A stretch of 34,227 nucleotides of DNA, taken from a virus. The translations under genes and the position numbers were made by a program. The notes under the pieces were generated by a model. That model worked only from the letters and a program-made list of their open reading frames with translations, was not told where the DNA came from and did no database searches. Below are positions 13,720-21,473 of the stretch, one piece after another; position 1 is the first letter of the stretch, and the number at the start of each line of letters is the position of its first letter. Location of the stretch: positions 1 through 34,227 of the IMG/VR virus record IMGVR_UViG_3300002461_000302; one strand, given 5' to 3'.

Positions 13720-15360
13720 TCAATCGCTTGAGTCAAAAGCCAGCTCGTGCACGCCCGCGGAATTTGCCCAATTGTGGGTTTGGCCCTCTGTTGGAATCCC
13801 GACTATTTGCCCAATGCGGACGGGTGTGTCGGCAATGGCGCCCGCCCCGGAATCGATGTAATCGTCCGGCTGGGTGGTGCTCAAAGGATTGAATTCTTTC
13901 AGCTGGTCATAGGCCGGGCTGTCCCACACCGATGAATGCGCCCACAGCACGCGCATAGACAGCGGGGGCTCGAAGGCGTCCAGGATCCGCTTTTGCTTGT
14001 TGATGGTGGAATGGTCCTCCAGCACGCCGCAGGCCACGGCCGGCAGCATGGCGCCGGGCTCCCCTTGTCCTGCCAGGTGTTTGTGCAGGCGGGCCGGCAC
14101 AAAGCCCCCCGCCCCATTGGTTTCCACGGTAACGGCCGGGATGCTGTACTGAATCACCATTTGCCGCACGCGCCGGCACTGGTCATCAAGGTCCCCGGTC
14201 AGGCCTTCGGCAACTTGCCAGTACAGTGCACCGGCCGCGTCGGTCAGCACCAGCGAGAAAGCGGAGGCGTCGGATTTTATCTTCCCCAGCGACACATCCC
14301 AGCGCGCACATGCGCCCACAATTTGCACCGAACCCAGCTGCATGACGGCTTCGCGGTTGCGATAAACAACCTTGGGGATGTCTGCATATTCGCGCATCCG
14401 GTCCGGATCCAGGCGAGTCTCCCCTACGGGCTTGGCCTCCATCTGGTATTGGCTGTCCCAGGCGTTCAGCGTGCTGGTGTCCTTGCGGCGCTGCTCGATG
14501 TCGGCGCGGGTGAAGCGCTCGGGCCAGGCGCAGCCGGCGTAAATGTCCAGCACGGCGCCGGGGACTTGCTTCAAGGTGATGGTGCGGCCTTTGACTTCGT
14601 AGTCCTTGCCCTCCACCAGCATCCGGGAGAATTTGCCGATGCCCAGCAGCAGGTAATACCCGTCCGGGCCCGCGTCGAAAGTCAAGTGATAGACCGACTT
14701 GTCGCCCGTCAGGCTGCGGTATTGGTGTTCAAAAAGCGGGATTTTCAGCACGGCCGCGCCTCCGTCGATCTGTTCGGTGTAAATGGATTTGTGCGTGTGC
14801 GGCGTGCCTATGTAGGTTTTCTGAACACCAGGCACGCCAATGTGGGTTGACTCTTCGATCTTCTGGCGCAGGTTCTGCCGGGCCTCGGGAGTCTTGATGT
14901 TTTTCGGGACTTCGACATCATCAAAATCAATCTTGTTGGCACGGAACCCGGTTGCATTGCTGTTAACTCCCACGGCCGACATGCTGGGGTTGCGCGCGTC
15001 AGTCGCGCCGTTTACGGTGAAGGATTGCGCGCCAGGCTTAGGCGGCAGAATTCCCCGCGTCAGCGGGTGCCGGCGCAGCACGTTAATGGTGTCTTTCGTC
15101 AGCTTGGTGGCTAGGTCGTCATCTGCCGCCCAAATCAGGGAAACATTTTCGGCATCGCAATACAGCAGCCACGCCTTGTAAACCGCGTAAATAGTGGACT
15201 TGCTGGCGCCTCGAAACACCATGAGCACGCGCACCAGGTCCGCCGTGTGCTCCAGCCAGTCGCACATGCGGACGTGCAAGTCCGGAACCTTCCACCTCTT
15301 GAGCTTCGCCCAAATGATGAAAAAAGCTAGGAAGCTGACCTTATCCGCGGGTCTTGGCAT
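13720..15360 (-). CDS. terL: Terminase large subunit (T7 gp19-like)
   Basis: 546 aa. Walker A-like FRGASKST and Walker B-like KIDFDDVE. The length and C-terminal nuclease-sized half fit. Overlaps the small-subunit candidate by 20 nt. Confidence 0.85.
   Translation of the reverse strand: MPRPADKVSFLAFFIIWAKLKRWKVPDLHVRMCDWLEHTADLVRVLMVFRGASKSTIYAVYKAWLLYCDAENVSLIWAADDDLATKLTKDTINVLRRHPLTRGILPPKPGAQSFTVNGATDARNPSMSAVGVNSNATGFRANKIDFDDVEVPKNIKTPEARQNLRQKIEESTHIGVPGVQKTYIGTPHTHKSIYTEQIDGGAAVLKIPLFEHQYRSLTGDKSVYHLTFDAGPDGYYLLLGIGKFSRMLVEGKDYEVKGRTITLKQVPGAVLDIYAGCAWPERFTRADIEQRRKDTSTLNAWDSQYQMEAKPVGETRLDPDRMREYADIPKVVYRNREAVMQLGSVQIVGACARWDVSLGKIKSDASAFSLVLTDAAGALYWQVAEGLTGDLDDQCRRVRQMVIQYSIPAVTVETNGAGGFVPARLHKHLAGQGEPGAMLPAVACGVLEDHSTINKQKRILDAFEPPLSMRVLWAHSSVWDSPAYDQLKEFNPLSTTQPDDYIDSGAGAIADTPVRIGQIVGIPTEGQTHNWANSAGVHELAFDSSD
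13789..13808 (-). repeat. Late-region motif copy C (19/20)
   Basis: tgttggaatcccgactattt inside the last 30 codons of terL, in a different reading frame from copy A. Lies 109 nt upstream of the tail fiber ATG. Confidence 0.9.
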
Positions 15361-15709
15361 TCGCTTTTTTGGCTGGTGTTTTTGCAGATGTTCGCTTCTG
15401 CGGGCCCAATCGCTCCAGCAGTTCCGTGGCTTCTTTCTCGGCTGCCGCGGCCAATGCGCGCTTTTCCTTGTCGTCGTCCGGATCCCCCCCGGCCGGCGGT
15501 GGCGCCAGCAGGGTGGTGATGCGACAAATAAGGTTCACCGTCCCCATGGCGTTTTTCTTGATCCACACCCTATCCCCGCGGTCCTGCTGCTTCATGTCCA
15601 CCTGTTTGACGCCCGCGCCGGGCCAGTTGTCCGGGTTGGCTTCATCCAGGAAAACATCGGCCAGCCGCTCCTGCAGCGCTTCGAGTTTTTCAATCTGTTC
15701 TGGTGTCAT
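15341..15709 (-). CDS. terS: Terminase small subunit candidate
   Basis: 122 aa, immediately upstream of and overlapping terL. Charged and helical with a basic tail. Assigned by position only. Confidence 0.45.
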   Translation of the reverse strand: MTPEQIEKLEALQERLADVFLDEANPDNWPGAGVKQVDMKQQDRGDRVWIKKNAMGTVNLICRITTLLAPPPAGGDPDDDKEKRALAAAAEKEATELLERLGPQKRTSAKTPAKKANAKTRG

Positions 15710-15711
15710 GG

Positions 15712-18252
15712 TCAGTTCGCTCCTATGGCTTGCTCAAAATCCGGCGCGCGCTCCGGGAAGGCGTCCGCAGGATCCCACCAATACCCTTGCCCCCAATCCT
15801 TTTGAGCGCGCTGCTTCATGCGGGCCAGGTAGCCCGGATTCAGCGCCTCTTGCGCGCTGAACAAAAACCAATGTTCGTATGCGCTGCGGGTCCACCACAA
15901 ATTGCTGTAGGGCAGTTGCGAATTTGTCCAGCGCAGCGCCTCCGCGCCGATGTGGGTGTCTTTGCCTTTGGCCGCCTCCCAGGCATTGCCGACAATCAAG
16001 TCTCCGGCCAGGCCCGCCACGGCGCCGGCTGATGGGCCCAGCACCGTGCCGACAACCTGCTCGGTTTTGTTGCCGCGCTGCTCGGTCGGATCCTTGAAAA
16101 GCAGGTCCCCCAGGTAGCCGGCGCCGCCGCCCTGGGTGAATGCGCGCATCCAGAATTTGGCCTCGGTCATGTCGTAGGGGTCCTTCCCCTGCACCAATGC
16201 CTTGTTTTGCAGGACCATCCCGCCGATCATGGTCAGCGTCAAATTCAGCGCAGCCAGCACCGCCACCTTGTTGAACGTGCCGCCTGCCGCGGTTTCAGCC
16301 CCGAACCCGGCTGGTGCACCCTCGAGCCCCTGCGGCGTGTCCAGCACGCGGCGCCAGTGCCTGGTGAGCATGGCAATGGGGAAGCTCTTGAACTGCGCAA
16401 ATGAGCGCCACAGTTCGCCGTCTATCGTGCCAGCGGGCCGTCCGCCGCCGGTGACAATCGCGCGGGTGGCCACGTCAGGATTGACCACGGCAAAATTTGC
16501 CTCGTCCAGCGTGAAGCCCAGCACCTTGGTGGCTACCTGGGCGGCATCGGGTGCGCCGGTGGCCTTGATGCTTTCCGGGGTCAGGAACTGCCGGCCCTGG
16601 AAGTCGGTCAGCTGCGCCTGGTTGACCACGGACCAATCGGCCTCCGTCAGCCCTTTCCGCTCCAAAAGGTGGCGGTCCCATGCGGTCAGGTCGCCCCACT
16701 TTTTGGCGGACATCTTGCCCAGGCCGCCCATCAGCGTCATGGAAAACGCATTGCGCAGGCCATCGGTCCAGGCGTTCATCAGGGACAGCTTCATCACGGA
16801 CCCGGCAACCCGGCCGGTCAGGCTGTGCGTCATGTTGTCGCCGGTCCAGCGGTTCAGTGTTGATGTCAGGGATTCGCCGATGATGCCGTGAGACTGCAGG
16901 AATTCGCGCGTGTCGCCGTCGAACTGCTTGCCGATGTTGCGCAGCATGTCGAAGTACGGCAGCTTGTTGTAATGCAGGGTAGCCGCAATGGTGCCCATGT
17001 CCGTGGTGCTGGTCAGCACGGCGCCGCCCAGCTTGGCGGCCGTCTGGATGTTGCGCAGGTCCTGCCCCACCTGGGACAGCAGCAGATTTTCCGGGGTGGC
17101 AGCCTTGCCGCTGACAACATTCCAGTAGGCCTCTGCAGTGGTTCCCGCCAGGCGCTGGTCCTTGATGCCGGCAAACCCGCCCAGATCGTCGGCGCGCTGG
17201 CCCACGTCGAGCTGCACGCGGTATTGCTGTTCAGGGTTGGGCCCGTAGCGCTCCACCAGGCCAATGTCCCGCGCCATCCGTCCGACGTGTCCGACCATGG
17301 CGTCGTACAGCGAACCCTCCCCGAACTGGTTCATGTAGTCCATCCATGAATCGCCGTCCTTGAAGTGCAGGACCCGGGCTTCACTGCCGCGGTTCGCTCG
17401 GGCGCCGGTGCCGCGGTAGGCGCCGGGCTCTACCTTGTTCAGCCCACCGGTGGCCAGCGTGTCGTGCGCGCCGCGTAGCAGGTCCAGCATTTCCGCATCG
17501 TTCAGGAGCTGGCCGTCTGGTTTGACATATTGCTCCCGGTCCAGCAGTGGCAGCACCTTCGCCGACCAGTCGGCCGCGCCAGCGTCCCGGACCTTCGCGG
17601 CATCGTGCGCCTGGGACAGGTAGCCGTAGCCCAGCTTTCCGACATCGCCGCCCGCAGCATTGAAGCGCAGGCGCATGGCTTCGATGGTGGACAGCCAGGC
17701 TTTCGCGCCGGCCTGGGCAATCTTGTTGCCGGTGTTGCCGGCGCCGTTGGCAAACACTTCGCGCACCACGTCCGCCGTCATGGCGGGGTTATCCACGTCA
17801 AACATGCGCATGGCCAGGTTCCGCATGGCGCCGGTGCCGTCGCGCGATTGCGCCGCGTCGATCATGTCACCCAGGCCGGCAATGGATTCATTCCTGACGC
17901 CATCGATGTACTGGCCCGTTTGCTCGATGTCGCGGATGAACCCCTGCGAGCGTGTCAGGTCGGACAGGTCCATCGCCTTTTTGATACGGGTATCGGTTTC
18001 ACCGGTGCGCAGGACTTGCAGGGTTTCCCGGTATTCTTTCAGCTCTGCTTGCTGCACCACGTCCTTGGTGGCGGCCGTGACTGCCTCAATCATCCGTTGA
18101 TCTTTGGAAAGGCCCAGCCAGCGCTGGCGGTCGGTCCTTGCCAGGTCCCGCATCTTGCCTACAATGGCACCTTCAATTGCGGCCAGCTTGGCATCGCTGA
18201 TTGACCGGCCGGCTGCAGCTGCGCGAACTGCGGCGATACATTTGGGATCCAT
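15712..18252 (-). CDS. Large virion-associated / ejection protein of unknown function (846 aa)
   Basis: Follows the gp16-position gene. C-terminal hydrophobic and Gly-rich segments (VAVLAALNLTLTMIGGMVL; GGGAGYLGDLLF; GPSAGAVAGLAGDLIVG). No enzymatic motif recognised. Confidence 0.55.
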   Translation of the reverse strand: MDPKCIAAVRAAAAGRSISDAKLAAIEGAIVGKMRDLARTDRQRWLGLSKDQRMIEAVTAATKDVVQQAELKEYRETLQVLRTGETDTRIKKAMDLSDLTRSQGFIRDIEQTGQYIDGVRNESIAGLGDMIDAAQSRDGTGAMRNLAMRMFDVDNPAMTADVVREVFANGAGNTGNKIAQAGAKAWLSTIEAMRLRFNAAGGDVGKLGYGYLSQAHDAAKVRDAGAADWSAKVLPLLDREQYVKPDGQLLNDAEMLDLLRGAHDTLATGGLNKVEPGAYRGTGARANRGSEARVLHFKDGDSWMDYMNQFGEGSLYDAMVGHVGRMARDIGLVERYGPNPEQQYRVQLDVGQRADDLGGFAGIKDQRLAGTTAEAYWNVVSGKAATPENLLLSQVGQDLRNIQTAAKLGGAVLTSTTDMGTIAATLHYNKLPYFDMLRNIGKQFDGDTREFLQSHGIIGESLTSTLNRWTGDNMTHSLTGRVAGSVMKLSLMNAWTDGLRNAFSMTLMGGLGKMSAKKWGDLTAWDRHLLERKGLTEADWSVVNQAQLTDFQGRQFLTPESIKATGAPDAAQVATKVLGFTLDEANFAVVNPDVATRAIVTGGGRPAGTIDGELWRSFAQFKSFPIAMLTRHWRRVLDTPQGLEGAPAGFGAETAAGGTFNKVAVLAALNLTLTMIGGMVLQNKALVQGKDPYDMTEAKFWMRAFTQGGGAGYLGDLLFKDPTEQRGNKTEQVVGTVLGPSAGAVAGLAGDLIVGNAWEAAKGKDTHIGAEALRWTNSQLPYSNLWWTRSAYEHWFLFSAQEALNPGYLARMKQRAQKDWGQGYWWDPADAFPERAPDFEQAIGAN

Positions 18253-18451
18253 GCTTAAAGTCCTTGAATTTCTGGTTTACCTTGCGGCCATGTTGGGCGG
18301 GGTTGTCCTGTTCGGCGCTGCCGTTCTTGGGAGCTGGAAAAACGGCGTCCGATACGCCGGGCAATGGTGCAAATACGTCCTCGGGCTGGCGTGTGTGGGC
18401 TCCATGCTGGGCTGGTCCTTCGTGCAGTTCATGCCCCTGCCCCCAGCGTAA
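18251..18451 (+). CDS. Candidate antisense moron: 66-aa protein with two TM helices
   Basis: The ATG shares the CATG with the start of the 846-aa gene on the other strand. The ORF exactly fills the 176-bp gap and ends 23 nt inside the 1014-aa gene. TM1 is FLVYLAAMLGGVVLFGAAVLG and TM2 is YVLGLACVGSMLGWSFVQF. Minus-strand frames in the gap do not look coding. Confidence 0.35.
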   Translation: MLKVLEFLVYLAAMLGGVVLFGAAVLGSWKNGVRYAGQWCKYVLGLACVGSMLGWSFVQFMPLPPA

Positions 18452-21400
18452 GCGCGCAATTTGCCGCCACCTCCAGCAGGTCGGCATCCCGGGCGCCCAG
18501 CTCCGTATCGGTGCCTTCCAAGGATTCGCGGCGGATCCGGTCCATTTCCTGCCTGACTGTCACGTCATTGCCCTGGGCGTCCTTGCCGACAACCATGTCC
18601 GGCGCGATGCGCTCCAGTTCAGCCACACGGCCCAGCACGGAACGGGTCAGCGGGTCCTTGTGCACCGGGGGCAGGTCATTGCCGAAAAGGCTGTTTTCTG
18701 GCAAAATCGGAGGTATGGACATGAAACTTCCTCCACTGCTGCCGGAATCCTTCCCGCCGGGCACAGTGTTTGCCGATGTGGAAGGCGTACCGGTAAGCAG
18801 ATCCCCCGATTGGGTTTGCACCGCTTGGGACAAAGTAGAGCCCCGCAGGTTCCCGGCCAAGTCGTTTGTTGACAATGGCGGCGTGCTGCCAGAGGACAAA
18901 TTCCGCGCGCTGGTGATGTCGTCCCACGCTGCCGTATAGATTTCTTTCTGCCGGGTTTCCAACTCGGTCAAGCGCGCAGCCTCATCTGGCGTAGGCGCGC
19001 GGTTCTCCCCCTCGATTTTCCGCAGTAGCGTATCGCTTTCAACGTACAGCGGGTGCGCGTCATGCTTGGCGGCCATCATTTCCGCCAGGTTGATTTGCAC
19101 CTCTGCCGTGTGCCCGTCGATCCGCACGTTCATTTTGACATCGCGGTATCCGTTCGGGTTTGTCGTCGGCTCTGTCAGGCCGTTGCGGAATCCCCCCTCC
19201 AGTACCTCGAAGCGCGCGCGCAGTTCGGCCAGCGCCTGCTCCACGTCCTGCAGCGACTTGACCACTACAGTACCCCGCACCAGGTCCTTTATGCGGGTGG
19301 CGTCCCCTTCATAGTCGGCCGCGATTTTTGCAGCAGCCCGGTCGGCCCCCTTGAGTTTGGCCAGCTTGAGCTGCGCGCCCAGGCGGTCGGCTACTTCCAT
19401 CAATCGGCCATCAAAAACCGGCTTCACCGCGCCGGCCTGCTCGTACATGCGGGCCAGCCCCGGCTCCATCGTCATGCCTTCGGGCGCCTTGAGAGGGGTC
19501 AGCCCCAGCTCGTCCCGGATCTGCGCCACGCGGTCCGCGTTCGTGCTCCAGTTGTCCCATGCCGCGCGCTCGGTTTGCAGCTCGGTGATGCGGCGCTGCA
19601 GGGCCTCGGGGTCCTTGATGTTGACGCCCTCGCGTTTTGCCAGCTCCGGCCGTTTTGACGCGCCCTGGACGGCCGCCAGGCTTTCGCCCAGCTCGCGCTG
19701 CTTGCGGCTGACCAGCGCGGCCATGCGGCCGGCTTCCTTCATGGCACTGTCATCAAAGCCGAACATATCGCCCGTGGTGTCGGCGCGTTCGCCCATCATG
19801 CTGCGGACGGCGTGCATGGTGTTGACGGCCTGGGTGATGGGCTTGCCGTCCTGCAGCGCCTGCTGGCCTACGGCTTGTAGGCGTCCGTCCCCGGGGGCAG
19901 CTCGGGCAATGGCCACGGCTGCATCATCGGAGAGCTGGCCGGCACGATGGGCGGCAATGAGGTCAGGTCCGCCATCAGCTGCGAGCGCGTAAGCCCGCTG
20001 TCCTGTTGAGCGCGCCAAAAGTCCGCGTGATTCTGCTTCGGCGCGGGTGAGTCCTGTTCCTTGAAAATACTGTACATAGTCGCCTACCTTTCCTTGTCCG
20101 TCGCGGATGTTGAGCTCGGCATCCAGCGCCGCCGCGCGCGCCGCTGTGAAACCGTCGGCCTCTCGGTGCACCTGGGCGGGGATGGTGGCCTCCCCGCTGC
20201 GGATCGCCAGGTCCCTGCGGTGGCGGCCGGAAATAACCTCGAGGCTGCCGTCCAGGCGCTCCCACACCTGAATGGGGGCCACGCCGGTGCGGTCGAATGT
20301 CCCGCCCAGGGGCTCCACCACGCCCTGAACATCGGCGCCGCCCTTGAATTGCGGCACGTCAGCGGACAATTTCAGCCCTGCCAGCGGCACCTCCACGACA
20401 GCCAGGTCCGTTTGAAACTGGTTCGGGTCGCGCGGCTGCGGCCCCCGGAGAATGGCCGCGGCCTCCCGTGGCGCGGTGGCTTCGCGCACGTCCTGCGCGA
20501 GCGTCAGGTTATGCGTCATGACTGCATCGGCCTGGTCAGGCGTCAGGCCGGCGCGTGCCGGCGCTTGTGCCTCACCGGTGACAGGCAAAGCGGTTTGTGC
20601 GCCAGATTCTGGTGAAAGTGGGACGCTACCGTCTGCTACCGGTTTGATAGCTGCTTGCGCACGACTGGCGCGGGCTGCACCGTGCATTGCATATGCGGCG
20701 AAGCCAGCAGGCACCAGGGAAGATACAGCCAGCCCCACCGGGTCCAGCGGGTCATAAGCCTCTGCCAAGTCCTTGTAATTCGCCTCCCGGAGAATGGACC
20801 GTGTGGCGGCCTGCTGCGCCACAAAGGCACCAGGCCCACCGGCCGCCCAGAGCCCGGCGGTCGCCAGGTAGGAGCCAGGCGCGGCCACCGGCAGCAGCAC
20901 GCCAGTAGTTGCCGCGGCACCGGTCAGCATGCCGACCTTTGTCCGGGTGGTCTTGTCCACGCCCTGCTGGCCCAGATCGTCGGCAGCCTTCATGCCTTCA
21001 TCGGCGCCCAGCATCACGGCGCCAGGCACGCCACCGCCGGCAACCGTGTAGCCCACGGCCTTGGTCATAAAGCGGGTCAGGTCATACGTCAGGCGCTCGG
21101 CCGTGCTTGCCGTGGCGGGGTCTGGCCGGTAGTTCAGTTCGACATTGCGGAAAGACCGGCCCAGGTTTGAAACCGTGTCCACGCCATCAGCCGCGATGCT
21201 GGCGCGCTGCTTTTCTGTCTCGCGCTGCTCTGTGTCGTTCGGGATGGAAAACATACCCCCGGCGCTGGCCGTGCCAGTCGCCGCCATCGTCTGGCCGTAG
21301 CCCTTGACGGAATCAGCCACAAAGGCGGCAGTCTCGCTGACGCCACCAGCCACGGCGCGCAATGGAGCGCTCCAGCCGTTCCACTTTGCAACCGGCTTTG

Positions 21401-21473
21401 CGCGCTCCGGCGGCATTGTGGCCAGGTTGTCGAGCGCCGCGTCCGTGTCGTTTTGGTACAGGTCGCCCAGCAT
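18429..21473 (-). CDS. Internal virion (gp16-position) polyvalent protein. N-terminal membrane-active region, ParB-like nuclease domain, RelA/SpoT-like nucleotidyltransferase domain.
   Basis: 1014 aa. ParB N-domain motif APIQVWERLDGSLEVISGRHRRDLAIRSGEATIPAQV (aa ~398-435). RelA/SpoT synthetase-like motifs KLKGADRAAAKI, IKDLVRGTVVV, NPNGYRDVKMNV, AEVQINL and HPLYVE (aa ~705-812). Gly/Ala-rich hydrophobic N-terminus. Confidence 0.8.
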   Translation of the reverse strand: MLGDLYQNDTDAALDNLATMPPERAKPVAKWNGWSAPLRAVAGGVSETAAFVADSVKGYGQTMAATGTASAGGMFSIPNDTEQRETEKQRASIAADGVDTVSNLGRSFRNVELNYRPDPATASTAERLTYDLTRFMTKAVGYTVAGGGVPGAVMLGADEGMKAADDLGQQGVDKTTRTKVGMLTGAAATTGVLLPVAAPGSYLATAGLWAAGGPGAFVAQQAATRSILREANYKDLAEAYDPLDPVGLAVSSLVPAGFAAYAMHGAARASRAQAAIKPVADGSVPLSPESGAQTALPVTGEAQAPARAGLTPDQADAVMTHNLTLAQDVREATAPREAAAILRGPQPRDPNQFQTDLAVVEVPLAGLKLSADVPQFKGGADVQGVVEPLGGTFDRTGVAPIQVWERLDGSLEVISGRHRRDLAIRSGEATIPAQVHREADGFTAARAAALDAELNIRDGQGKVGDYVQYFQGTGLTRAEAESRGLLARSTGQRAYALAADGGPDLIAAHRAGQLSDDAAVAIARAAPGDGRLQAVGQQALQDGKPITQAVNTMHAVRSMMGERADTTGDMFGFDDSAMKEAGRMAALVSRKQRELGESLAAVQGASKRPELAKREGVNIKDPEALQRRITELQTERAAWDNWSTNADRVAQIRDELGLTPLKAPEGMTMEPGLARMYEQAGAVKPVFDGRLMEVADRLGAQLKLAKLKGADRAAAKIAADYEGDATRIKDLVRGTVVVKSLQDVEQALAELRARFEVLEGGFRNGLTEPTTNPNGYRDVKMNVRIDGHTAEVQINLAEMMAAKHDAHPLYVESDTLLRKIEGENRAPTPDEAARLTELETRQKEIYTAAWDDITSARNLSSGSTPPLSTNDLAGNLRGSTLSQAVQTQSGDLLTGTPSTSANTVPGGKDSGSSGGSFMSIPPILPENSLFGNDLPPVHKDPLTRSVLGRVAELERIAPDMVVGKDAQGNDVTVRQEMDRIRRESLEGTDTELGARDADLLEVAANCALTLGAGA

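Noticed and set aside
13936-14850. 304-aa plus-strand ORF inside terL, plus similar ORFs at 16202-16891, 17530-18204, 19053-19992, 20061-21170, 21592-22377 and 24017-24779
   Set aside because: All lie antisense to large, motif-supported structural genes and have the Arg/Gly/His/Pro-rich composition of non-coding frames in high-GC DNA.
15712-18252. The 846-aa ORF as a hidden single-subunit or two-barrel RNA polymerase
   Set aside because: I found no T7-type motifs (DGSC.G, R...K...YG, HDS) and no DxDGD metal-binding loop. The only near match, QFDGDT, lacks the first Asp. The C-terminus looks membrane-active instead.
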